Shown piece by piece: positions 50,660-61,960 of a stretch of DNA of 64,000 nt (positions are counted from its first letter, which is position 1; the number at the start of each line of letters is the position of its first letter). The notes below the pieces were generated by a model. It saw nothing but the letters and a program-made list of their open reading frames with translations, was not told where the DNA came from and ran no database searches. The DNA comes from Camelus dromedarius. Its lineage: Eukaryota. The position numbers and the translations under genes were made by a program. The stretch lies in assembly GCF_036321535.1 (NCBI RefSeq), contig NC_087436.1:119352001-119416000 (forward strand), written 5' to 3'.

Positions 50660-51480
50660 GCTCATTCGTTCACTCAGCTGTCTGGTCGTTAAGAGCGGTA
50701 AATTCTTCAGCTGTGAATCTCAGTCCAAGAAACATTTACCAGGAGACTTCTGTGCAGCTGGAGTTTGTCAGGCACTGGGGACACAGATGACTGAGGACTG
50801 GACCCTGCTCTGACACTCACCACAGCCTGAGGTGGGGAGGGGCCTGGACACACAGGCCCCACACACTCAGCGCAATTAGGCAGGAAGCTGCCCAGGTGGG
50901 GAGGTGGGGATCGGGGTCCCCCTGAGAAGAACAGCCCAAGCACAGGCTGGCGGGGATCAGGGGCCCTTTGGGCCCAACCGGGTTGTAGCGAGACAGGAAA
51001 GGCCGGCGGGGGGCGAGCGGATCTGGTTAGGGCTCGGGGTTGTGCTGAGTGAGGTGGAGCTAGACAGGCAGGAGAGGAGACCACAGAAGAGATCTCAACT
51101 GGAGGTGTCGTGGCAGATGTGTGTCTCAAAACAATCCTAGCAACAGAGTGGAGTGGGGAAGGGCGAGGGAAACTGAAGGGTGCCTGCTGGGGTCCTCAGG
51201 CCCTTGCCATGATCTAGGCGGGACGGGAGGAAGGCCTGGACTAGAGCCCCTTTGGGGATGGAGAGCACAGAACAGCTTCGAGAGGTTTTGCAGAGGGTGC
51301 CAGAGTTTGGTGAATGCCTTTCTGTGAGGAGTGAACAGCAGGAGGGGGTTTGGGGAGGCCAGGTAGAGAGGGCCCGGGGACAGTAGCAGGTTTAGTCTGT
51401 GAGCCTCCCAGGTGGACATACCCAGAAGCTATAAAAAACTTTGATCTGAAGTTTTGGGCCAAGTGGGACTAAGGAGGCAA
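50660..51480. mobile_element. L2 fragments
   Basis: ctcattcgttcactcagc...aaacatttacc...tcaggcactggggacacagatg. Confidence 0.5.
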
Positions 51481-51929
51481 CCTGAGCGGTCGGTTCGGGA
51501 GGCCGAGTGCGCGGACCACTGGTCCCGGGCTTCTGTCAGCTGCGGGGTGTATTTGTTAGTGTCCTGGGTCAGACCCTGAGGGCAGCTAACCGCTTGTTAC
51601 TATCTGCACGTTCACCTGTGTGCGTCTCCTCAGCTCATTAGAGTTAACCTGGGGCTGGTGGCGGCCCTCCTGCCCAGAGCGCCCTTGCGCCGCCCCAGGT
51701 CCCAGACGCCTTGCTGGCCTTCCTTCCAGCCTGGCCTCCCTCAGCTGACAGGGTGGCAGGAGGGAGGCTGGGATTGTTTGCTTGTTCTGTGGGCACAGAA
51801 ATGGCTCCCCAAACCCTGCCTTCCTCCTCCCCAAAGCTTGGCTGGGTCATGAGGAGAGTACAGAGCAGAATCTTCTTTATTAACGTCTTTGTTTACTAAA
51901 CAGCATTTATTAAAGGCCTGTTGCTCTAC

Positions 51930-52130
51930 CAATAGCTAACACTTGGGTTGCTTCTTCATTACTTACAAGGTGCTCTCAATGTTTTATACAACCCACAAAA
52001 CCCTTGGGAGATGTCACTGCTGTTTCAGATGAGGAGGCTGAGTCTCAGGTTTAGGGATTTGCCCAGAATCAGGCATTTAGCTATTAAGCTCAGCCTTGAG
52101 TCCAGGCTGGCTTCTCGTGGTCCAGAAGCT
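51930..52130. mobile_element. MIR
   Basis: aatagctaacactt...tttcagatgaggaggctgagtctcaggtttagggatttgccca. Confidence 0.65.
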
Positions 52131-53269
52131 TTGCTCTCTCCAGCAGCTGTCTCCGCTGGGTGCCCAGTTCATGCTTCGTTACCGTGTCGCAGGCTGTCCT
52201 GGCAGCGTGAGGCCAGTTTTCTGTCACTAGTGAGGGCTCCCTTCCAGCCCTTAGCTCTAGGTCGGGGCTGTCTGTGCAGCCCGTCGGTGGGCACTGTAAT
52301 GGTTGTTAGTACGAGGTGCTTTTTAAAGCCAGCTGTGCAGTGGAGTGTAAAGAAACTCTCAGTGGTGAATGACGGTAACCCGGCTTTTGAGTGACCTTTA
52401 CCTCACGACTGTGGGCTAAACCCCTGCACAGTCGCCTTGCAGTGACGTCATGGAGCATCATTCTTTCAGCCTGTGGGGTGGGGGCGCGTGTAGTCTCAGG
52501 AGGAGGTTAACCCGGAGAGCAGGTGGCCGCTCACCCACTCAGCAGACGTGACTGCCGACTCTGGTCCCCGCTCCAGAAGCTTCTGACATTGCTCATGATT
52601 AATACCACGCCTGTGCTGCTCTGAGTCATGGCTTCACCTGGGAAGCCCCCGGCCTCCCTGGGGGGGAGGAGGAGGAGGATTGCTCCCTTTTTTTTTTAGT
52701 GAGGCCGTTTGGCCCGGCCCCAGAGCAGTGTGGGAGTCCCTCCAGCACGAAAGCCCAGCCACTGCCCACCTCGCTGTGTGTCCACACACACACCCATTCA
52801 GCAAGTATTTCTGGCACGCTTACCTTGTGCTGGGCGCTGTCCTAGGCGCTGGGAACGCAGAGGCACACAGACCTCGTCCCCACCGTCCTGATGAGGTGAT
52901 GTCTGAGCAGGGACCTAAGGAATCAGGGCACAAGCCACTTGACAGCTGGGGCTACCTGCAGGGAGAGGTGCTGGCAGGAGCACCAGCTGGGGCAGGACCA
53001 GGGGTGCCCTTGGTGTGGCCCCAGGGTGCCTGGCAAAGCTGATTGGTGCCGAAGGGCAGGGGCAGCAAGGGCAGCCAGGCGGCAGAGCCAGACCACGCAG
53101 GCCCTGCAGACGTGCGCCACGGCAGGCCCGTCCTGAGCTCCCAGCTCCAGAGTTCGTACGCTGGATTCGAAATGTTTGGAAGGCTCGTTGTGTTTGTGTT
53201 ATTTTAGTCTTAAAGAGAGAGCCCCGTAGGAAAACGGTATCGATCACAGTTAAGTGCTCAGGAGATGAA

Positions 53270-53450
53270 ACTGAACTGGAATCAAGTGCTTCCGCTACCC
53301 GATGCTAGGCCTTGGGCAGTGACCAGACCTTTCTGTGTCTCCGTTGTCTGTGTTAGTAAGGAAGAGGCCAAAAATAATGCCTCCTTAAAGGAGGGCTGTG
53401 AAGACCAAAGTGCCTAGAACAGGCATGGCACGTAGTCACGCCGGGAACGT
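53270..53450. mobile_element. MIR
   Basis: ccttgggcagtgaccagacctttctgtgtctccgtt...gggctgtgaagaccaaagtgcctagaacaggcatggcacgtag. Confidence 0.6.
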
Positions 53451-54299
53451 GAGAGCTGTCCACCTGAGGGTCGTGAAAGCCCCGACACCTGTGGCGCCGC
53501 AGACCCCCTTTTCCTAAAGCAGGAGGAGAAGAAGGGGGCTGGGGGTGTCCCACCCCATCTGTGAGCATATCCTAGTCAAGGAAGTCGTTGTCTGCCCCAC
53601 CGAGTACTAGTGGTCACCAGATGTGGTGTGGCGTCCGGTGGATCAGAGCTTGGTGGGCCAGCCAGGGAAAGGTGGTGGCCCAGAACGGATGCACGGGGTC
53701 CCCCGCCTCATCACAGTGCAGGGCGTCCTCCCCCGCTGTCCTGCAGCGGACGGGCCCCAAGCCCAAGGCTAGCAGCTGTGGAAGATGTTACCGAGTGTGC
53801 CAGCCTTGTACTTGAGGCTGCACACACCTCATCTCTTAACCTGCACAGAAATCTGTGAGGGCAAATGGGAACCCTGTTACAGAGACGAGGGAACTGGGGC
53901 TCCAAGAGGGCCAGTAATTTGGCCCAACTTACATCACAAGTATGTAGTGCCAGCAGGAATCGGCTAACATGTGTCTAATCCCAGAGCCTGGATTTTTTTT
54001 AATGACCCTAAACTAGGAAGTTTGAGGGCCTAGGGCCATGAGAACTAGAGGTCATGGAGGGTACATGTTGGTGGGAAGGCAGGCAGGGCCCAGGTGACCT
54101 TCCCTTTGGCCCAGGCTGCACCCCAGTGGGAGGAGGGCCCACAGTCACGGAGCCAGCCCTGCCGCTGCCGGGACCCTCCGGGGGCGGGCCTTCTCCAGCT
54201 GTGCGGCAGAGGCCTGGCACACAGGGACGTCAGGGCGCTTCCACTCGGCTGCCTTTTCTGTAGTGACCCCTTGAGGGGAGTGGGGCTGATCTGGGCGAA

Positions 54300-54480
54300 A
54301 ATGGGAGCGTCTCAGCCCTGGCTGCGTCTCGGAGTCACCTGGGAGCTTTTCAAAAAATGCTGATCCCCAGACCCCCTGCCCTAGACCAATGCAGTCGGTG
54401 TCAGGCGTTGGCCTGGGCTTCCAGACTTCCCTGAAGGCCCCCCCGCTGATCTGAATGTGAAACCAGGGTTGAGAGACCTT
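54300..54480. mobile_element. MER5A-like hAT MITE
   Basis: ctggctgcgtctcggagtcacctgggagcttttcaaaaaatgctgatcccc...ccagggttgaga. Confidence 0.7.
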
Positions 54481-55118
54481 AGACTGAATGATTTGATTCC
54501 TTCTAAGTCCAGTTTACAGCCCATCCCATCCTGTGGGCCGCTGACCCAGTCAGACGACTAGCCCCCTTCTCCCCCTGTTCCACGGATGGTTTGCTGTGCT
54601 GCTGAGTCGAGGAAGAACAGGACGGATGTTGCCCTGTTTGTTTCCTCATTGCCCTCCTCCCGCCTGAAACCCCTCGTTCATCCGTCCTGTGAACACATGC
54701 CTGGTGCGTCGTCTGTCTCCCTCCCCGCGGCGCTCACGCTTGAGAGCTCGGACCCTGCGCTCTTCCTGTCCCGTGCTCCCGGGGCCCGTCGCTCACGGGT
54801 GTGAGTGTGTATTTGTTGAGTGAACGTCTCATGGTTGGGTAACAAGAGTGTATGTTTTGCTGGCCTACATTTTTTTAACTCCATTAACAGTCTGTTGGAA
54901 GAGTTCTAGACTGGCCCAGCATGTCCCTTGCACACGCCTGGCGGGCTGACCCGACCATGTCCGCTTTTAGTGACTACTTAAGGTCTCCAGCGGGTTGTAG
55001 ACCTAACTGATCTGACTTTTCAGTGAAAAATGAAACAAGAATGTGTGTTTCATAACTGTGTCTTAATGAAATTTCCCCTCCTTTCCCTCTTTTCCCTTCT
55101 CCATTCACAATGATTAAG

Positions 55119-55216
55119 AATGTTATACAAATGCCAAGGGAGAGAATGGTATAGAAGAATATCCAGATGTTAAAGAAATACCCAGTAATGAAGAGCGTCT
55201 GTTAGATTTTAATAGG
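55119..55216 (+). CDS. KIAA0232: KIAA0232 coding exon 7 (98 nt, phase 1-0)
   Basis: attaag|AA TGT TAT; ECYTNAKGENGIEEYPDVKEIPSNEERLLDFNR; donor AGG|gtaagt. Confidence 0.92.
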
Positions 55217-56489
55217 GTAAGTGGACTGTCCTCCTCCTTATTACTAACTTATAAATGGCCACCCCCCCTTGTCACTCAGGCTGAGACCTGGGAGTCCTGT
55301 GACTGCCCCTCCCCATCACCACGCTCTGTGGACGGGCCCTCTCCTGTGCGGCCCTGTGCTCAGGTCTGCGTCACCTCCTACTGCCAAGGCTTCCCAGGTC
55401 ATGTCCCTCTCCCCTTCCAGTCCGTCACACTGCTGCCAGAGGGAGCTTCTCAGTGCACATCTGAGCCTGTCACTACCCCTAAAATCCTTAGGTGGGCACC
55501 CTTTTCATCTTTCAGAACACACCACGAGGGAGCCCTCTGGTGCGCCGACTCCTGCCTCTCCCAGCCTCCGTGGGACAGACCCAGCCCCTCGTGCCCCCTG
55601 CTGCTCCCGGAGCAGAGCTCTGGTCGTGGCCCCGTGGCATCTGGCTGCACTCAGGCCCAGCATCCCCACTCCCGCCCCAGGCCTGTGAGCTCCCTGAGGG
55701 AGGTGCAGGGCCTGTGCCTGGTTAGTCTAGGCCCAGACCTCGCCCAGTTAGGCAGGCAGGTGAACGAACCTAAGGAAACGTCTTTTTCTTCTCAGTGTGA
55801 TTGTCAGTGTCAGCTGGAGTCCTGGGAGGAACTTCTCCCACAGCATCCTGTGCTGCTGGTGTCCACGGACCTGTCAGACGTAACCCGTCGAGGCAGATGT
55901 GTGGGGCCTCCCCAGCCAGTCTTCCCATCTCGTGACTAGTGCCCTGTTCCACCTTCCAGCTTCAGCCCCTGTGCCTAGAACTCATTCTTTGTTCCTCTTG
56001 TTCTCACCTTCCACACACAGTCTGTCTGCCCATCATCCTGACCACCCCTTGACCATCCCAAATCCTCCACTTCTCCCACCTCCATTGCTCCCTGGCACCA
56101 CCTCCCCCTCCACACGGTTGCCCTGGCTTTTCCTGGGTCTCCTGTGGCCACTTGTCCCTCCCCGGTCTTCTCCCTGCACCACAAGGCAGATGACCTCCCA
56201 GGCATTGCCTCATCTAGTCTCACAGCCACCCCAGGAGGTAGGGGCTGTCACCTCCATTCTGCAGAAGAGAAAGCTAAAGGCCCATGAAGACTCAGAACCA
56301 AGTGCAGACCTGAGCTGGGCACCAATTCTGCTCCCACCCCTGGCTTTGCTGTCCTTCCGCCATTGTACCTCCCCCCCCCCCAGTAGCGCACCTGTCTTTC
56401 TGTGCTCCTTCCTGGGGCTCAGCCAGGGACGGTGCTACCACGTGGAAATGGGATCAGTGCTGGTTACTCCGCTCGGGGGATGTAGCTAG

Positions 56490-56730
56490 CTAGCCACTGT
56501 GACCTGGCAGTGTTGCTAGTTGCTGTAAGTGGGGGTGCTGCTCACTATGACGGGGGTGGGGTGGGGGCAGACGTGCTAGTCACTCCGAGGGAGAGAGAAG
56601 CATTACTAGGTGTTATGACTGGGGCAGGACTGCCGCTTGCATTTCGCGTCCTGGGGCCAGGGATGCTGACCATCTGGTGTGTGGGCTACAGTCCCGCCCA
56701 ACCAGAAGTTTCCCTGGAAGGTAGCAGAGA
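56490..56730. mobile_element. MER20-like hAT fragment
   Basis: tgttatgactgggg...ggccagggatgctgaccatc...acagtcccgcccaaccagaag. Confidence 0.55.
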
Positions 56731-57268
56731 CTGACAGGCCCCCAGTTCAGAGGCACAGCCCCAGGTCCCAGGCCAGCTCTGGCTGTTCTGGCGAGGGGAC
56801 CTCTCCTCAGAAGAGCCACCTCCCTAGCCTCTCTTGTGTGTCTGCCATGCCCCCAGCTCGTCTGGCAGCGGGATGATGTGTGCCCTTGGCTTGCTTGTCG
56901 TTTTCCCCCGTCGTCTCCCTCAGAATGGGAGCCCCCGGCGGGCAGTCATCCTCTCAGTGGAGGTCGTGCCAGCTGCAGCCTGGCCTCTGGTGGGTGCTCA
57001 GAAACTTGTCTCCGTCCAGCCCTGATGTAGCTGACGTTCTGTCCAAGGGGCTGAACACAGAGGATCAGGGTTTGGGATCCTTTATGGATCAGGGAGAAAA
57101 GCTTGTTTGTTTTGCTTTGAAACAGGAAGATCTTCATATTTTTGTAACTCTCCACAGGAAAACGTCAGCAATTTGCTACTTAATCTCTGTATGTAAAAGA
57201 GTATCTTGCACAGCCCTTCTGGAAAATTATCTGACTTTTGATATGTTGAAAATTATTCTTAATCTTAG

Positions 57269-57448
57269 GTGTCTTCTGTTTATGAAGCAAGGTGTACAGG
57301 AGAGAGAAATTCTGGAGCAAAATCAAACGGCTTCCGCAGAAAGATGTACTCCAGCGCCAGCTCCAACTCGGAGGACACGGGCTCGGAAGGCGGAGGCGAG
57401 TGGGTGGACCCCAGCGAAGAGGACCTCTTTTCTCGAACTCATCTCTAA
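57269..57448 (+). CDS. KIAA0232: KIAA0232 last coding exon (59 aa + TAA)
   Basis: tcttag|GTG TCT TCT; VSSVYEARCTGER...SEEDLFSRTHL; TAA at 57446-57448. Confidence 0.95.
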   Translation: MSSVYEARCTGERNSGAKSNGFRRKMYSSASSNSEDTGSEGGGEWVDPSEEDLFSRTHL

Positions 57449-58323
57449 ACCTGCAGAGTAGTACAAATTATTTTTAAAATCGCTATGTGAGGGGTAATTT
57501 CCCTTTTGTGAGGCCTGTTAATCTAAACAACAACTTAGGTTTCTTCTTCACTTAACTGGCTCAGATCAGTAATTAGCTTTCTCTTCTTGCTTCTTTTAGA
57601 GTTGAGGACAGCTATCCTGTTGAAGATTTTTTTTCCAAGCTGTTAAATTCTTGGCTATTTGAAATAGACTAGATTGTGTTGTCAAACCAAGAATGGGTGT
57701 GCATGTGCTCGTCTTAAGTGCCGCTGCCTCTTGCATCTCAGCTGCAGCTTCTTCCCTTCCAGCTGCAGCCACATCACTGTTACCTTCTTAGCATCGCAGT
57801 GTCAGCAACCACTTCTGCTATTCAGAGACTTGAGCTTTGGGACATTTAGGCTTTGTCCTCTAAGAACTGGGATGTGAATACTTACCCTGCAGTGGATCAG
57901 TGCCTTTCGGAAGGCGAAAGGGCAGCACGGGGACTCATCCCCGTCTTCATTCAGTAAAATCTCCTGTACATTTGGAATAGAAACCACGAGGGTGTGCTTT
58001 TAGAGACTTACAAAATACTGTGTTTTCTCTCTTAGGATTTCCCTCTAGAATATCATGGAAAATACCATGGTTTGTGACTTTCTGGCTACCTGAAGCAGCC
58101 AAGGAGTTGGCGTATGGGCTGGCACATGGGGCCACGTGGGGTGCGAGTGCACCCCACCCTGTTCTTATGTGAAAGTTACACTTACACCAAAACACTGTTC
58201 AGGGTTATTCGTGGTGAGTCTTAACAAAACTTGGTGAGGACCTTAATTGCAAATTATGGTTTTTCTGGTGACCAACATTGAATTGAAGCCCCCAGAACTT
58301 GAAATTGTAAATGTTTGGCATGC

Positions 58324-58329
58324 AATAAA
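58324..58329 (+). terminator. Candidate proximal poly(A) signal AATAAA
   Basis: Canonical hexamer with TGTA about 18 nt upstream; weak downstream element. Confidence 0.35.
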
Positions 58330-59700
58330 GGCCACCTCATCACCCCAAAGAAACCTTGGCTGCGACAGCTAGCTGCTCTTGTGGCTGTGACTTAGTGTAG
58401 CTTAGATCTCATTCTGTGTTTGAGAGAATGTTCGAGCAAGTTCAGTGTGTGGTGGGTCAGGGGGCAGAGTACTGATTTCTCCCATACCTGTGTGACTGCT
58501 TCATGGGACCCGCCTCCCCGCTGCACTGGGGAATCCCGGGGGTCGGTCCGTCTCGTCCAGTCCTGTCCATTGTGACGATCACCTCCTTGAGCTTTTACAC
58601 CTCTGTGCAACAGGTTGGAGTTAGAAGGAGCAATAGTTGCAAAACCTAAACATTCAAAGTTGTTTTCTTTTTTTAACCAACTCATTGTTTAAAAAAAAAA
58701 TGTGTGGAATCAGTTTAGCGTGTCTGCGGCATCAGGAGCGGCAGAGAAGTCTGCCACAGACGAGCCGGCTTCACCGCTAACGTTGGCAGGCAGTAAGCAC
58801 AGAATGTAGTAGCCGGGAGCAGAACTGGCTGAGAAGCGCGATTTGCTTCAAGCATTGGGTTTTGTTGCTTTTCTCTTACCTGACAACACAGAGAGCTCCC
58901 TCCAGGGCTGTGAGGGCCTCGCTGTGGGGCCCGTGGGGCCGTTGGGCTCGGGCACGCCGCAGGTCGGGTGGTTTTTTTTTACAGCACGTCTTTGACACTT
59001 TAAAGTGGGTTTGTGTGTGTGCGTGTGTAAGGTTTTATGTTGCTGTTATTTATTTACAGACTTTATAAGGTTTTATGTATTTTTCTTTCTCCAGAGCTTC
59101 CTAAAAATTGATTAGCATCTGCACTGAAATATAATTTAACAGCAAAGGCAAAAAAGAGTTGGAAGTTGTAAATTCCTAAAATCACTACGGTGACGATCAT
59201 TTTAGAAATCGTTACTTATGTAGCAGAGACCAAATACATATATTTCAGACACAACCTTGAGCTCGGTTGGTTTTGGACAGCTGCTTTTTATCAGGAAAGG
59301 GCTCCAGGTGGTCAGGGTGCAGACTTCCTTCCCCGCTGGTGGGAAGACCTTGCACCTTCCACGGGGGAATGGGAATGGAGTATAAATGGGCAAGGTGGGT
59401 AACAGATTATGTATTTATTTGTTTTCGTAGCTGAGTGGCTGAAGCCCAGAGGCTTTCAGCGACAGAGGTGAACGTGCGGTTTTTAGTTTTGTTAATGGAT
59501 GATTACAAAGAAAAGCATTTTTGAAAAAGTTGGCAAAACGCTGAAACGCACTGTGGTATGAAGCGCATTGCATATCCGTAGCACTGAAGCATCAGTTTTC
59601 CATTCCTGGGCTGAGATTTTTTTCCCCGTGGTTGTATTGTTCTGATTTCACGTACACCAGAGTAACTGATTTTTTTTGTTTTCTTGTGGAGTTAACACCA

Positions 59701-59706
59701 AATAAA
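59701..59706 (+). terminator. Main polyadenylation signal AATAAA
   Basis: U-rich upstream sequence; GU/U-rich downstream element gtggttgtcttcattt about 15-30 nt later. Confidence 0.75.
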
Positions 59707-61829
59707 AATTTAAAAAGCAAGTGGTTGTCTTCATTTATCACAGCAAAGGTTCTTTTGTAAAGAACCCCAGCCTCCTTTCAATTACGTGTCCGCAGAGGAG
59801 AGAACATGCCTGCGTCACACCACTCCGGGTGGGGGCTGTTTAGTGCCTCTTACAGGTGGTGCTGGGAGCGCTAGCATGCCCTGTGCTGGAGGGGACAGTG
59901 GAGGGGCCTGCTGAGACACGAGTCCACCTCTCCCTGCCCCACGAACCACCACCTGAATCTTGCAAGGAACACAACATTTTTGTCCCTGGGTGATAGACAA
60001 AGCTTAGTTTTTTTGTTCTGGGGGAAAAAAATCTGTGTATTTATGTTGACATGATCAATGTACATTGTAAGAAAGAAATCAGCGTGGTATTAAAGAGTGT
60101 AAAGGGAACTCCATCAGTCCCTCCCTCACCCTAAGGTGGCGGCTTCTGACGTTTGTACAGAACACCCTTCTAGACAGCTGAGTGTATACGTGAATGGAGA
60201 GAGAAATGGATATTAAAGGGTTGCAGTGTACTCGCTCTTGTGTAGCTTCAGAAATAGGCTTTTACTCAGACATCTTTTACGTTAGTAACGATCTACATGA
60301 TTTTTTAGCATATTCCATTATACAGATTTAACAGGTTCCTCGCGGGTCACATTTAGACTATTCGTTTCATGCTTGTTCAGTATCCCGAGTGGCGTTTCTG
60401 CAGACATCCTTACACCTGGGTCTCGTACGATCCAGAAGGGCGGCTCCAGCCTGTGGGACGCCGCCTGCTGCGCGTCACAGTGTCCCCAGCATCATGCAGA
60501 CACGAGGCCGGTTCGACCTGAGCTTGAGGTTGAACGTCCTCTTTCTCACCACCCGTAAGTGAGCACTTACGTGCCTTTCGTCAGGGTTGAGGGGAGGTGA
60601 GTTTTCTACAGGAGGGTTTGAACTGTGTTCTACCCACTTACTTCTTTATGGTTTCTGGGATGTGTAAGCATGTTTCTAAATGCTCACTCCATCCTGAGAG
60701 TAGAGAAACGGCCTCCCCTGTTACGTAGAGTGCGTCTCTGCACCGGACGTTCCGTGGACAAGGACTGAGCTGAAGGAGTCAGCCTCACTTTCCCCGGCCG
60801 CTGGCCAGCCCCCTCAACAGCATTTCCTATGAAGTCCTTACCCAACCGGAGTTGAGGTGACATCCGCATGGGGCTCTCAGGGTGGAACCCCAGGGCAGAA
60901 AGCTCGAAGAGGTGCCTTGCACCTGCTGAGCCTCCCAGTGCTGGCCTGTGACCAGCCAGTGGGCAAGCCGTTCCAGGATGCGTCTACTGTCACCACTGGC
61001 TGAAATGGCAGGAGCTACATCTTCCGTGGTTTGGTGGCAGTGCCCAGCTGGGGGGCAAGTTGGCACAGGTGGCCGGCTGCCTCCCCGGAGGCGCCTGAGG
61101 CAGGACTGGGGGCTGTTGGTGCAGCAGGGTGGCCCCTTGTCTGGGTGCGACAGGAGGTCTCCGCAGGTGTGTGCTCGGGCGCCTGATTCACTGTGCCCTG
61201 GACCGCCTGTCCGCTACCTCGCCGCACGGGCGGGTGCCTTGTGGCCATGACAACCCTTTGTCCCACTCTCCGCTGTGGCTCTTTAAATGCCTGAGAGCGT
61301 AATTACTTCACAAGCACGCCCACCCGCAAGAGCAGGGTTGGGGGCTGAGGTACTGTTCAGTGGGGTTGCTCTGTGCACGGTGGCTGGTCACCTGGAGCTG
61401 TGATGGCACAGCTAAGTGCTTCCCTGAGGACGGAGGGGTGTAAAGGCCTGTGTTTAAGTGAAATATCAAAAGTGCTCAGGCTGCCGCTGCGCCTGCACAC
61501 AGTCCAGGAACAGAAAGAGGCCTGGCCCCAGCTTCTCTCGAAAGCAGCTGGGCAAGTGGCCTCTCAGGCTGGGCTGCTGCAGGCATGAAGACAGGACGGG
61601 AGCTTCTGCTTCGGAGACCTGCTGCTGGCCTTGCATCACTGACAGGTAGTGAATAGCGTTTCGGAGCCAGTTTCCTCACTTTACCAAACTAGCAACCTGG
61701 TGATGACAGCTGCAGCTGACGTGGGTGGTGGCGACGTTGTGCCGGGAATGGTGACAGCGAACACCGGGGGCTCACTCTGTGCCTGGCATTCTTTTCTTCT
61801 CGGCAATATTCAGTGTTAGGGAGTAGATA

Positions 61830-61960
61830 CAATTGCCCCATTTTACAGACGAGAAAACTGAGGCACAGTGAGAGGTTAATTTCGTGCTGAGGTCTCACAC
61901 TTAGTGGATGGGGAAGCCAGGATTCAAACTGGACACTGACCACAAAGCCCTTTTGACACT
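61830..61960. mobile_element. MIR
   Basis: ccccattttacagacgagaaaactgaggcacagtgagaggttaatt...gccaggattcaaact. Confidence 0.8.

Larger units (their letters stand above)
7020..59725 (+). other. KIAA0232: KIAA0232 transcription unit (portion visible in window; promoter/first exon upstream)
   Basis: Eight GT-AG coding exons join in phase to 1395 aa, from MRPVCTVVV...WLGQELEKCGIDAMIYTRY to ...LFSRTHL*. This matches the KIAA0232 (DUF4603) protein as I recall it. Confidence 0.96.
57449..59725 (+). other. KIAA0232: KIAA0232 3'UTR
   Basis: Repeat-poor, with U-rich blocks, between the stop codon and AATAAA at 59701. The 3' end is approximate. Confidence 0.75.

Noticed and set aside
55269..56489. 139-203-aa intronic ORFs
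   Set aside because: Pro/Leu/Ser-rich products typical of GC-rich non-coding DNA; no splice or homology support.
57446..57490. Stop-codon readthrough extension
   Set aside because: TAA-A context is not a known leaky context such as TGA-CTAG.
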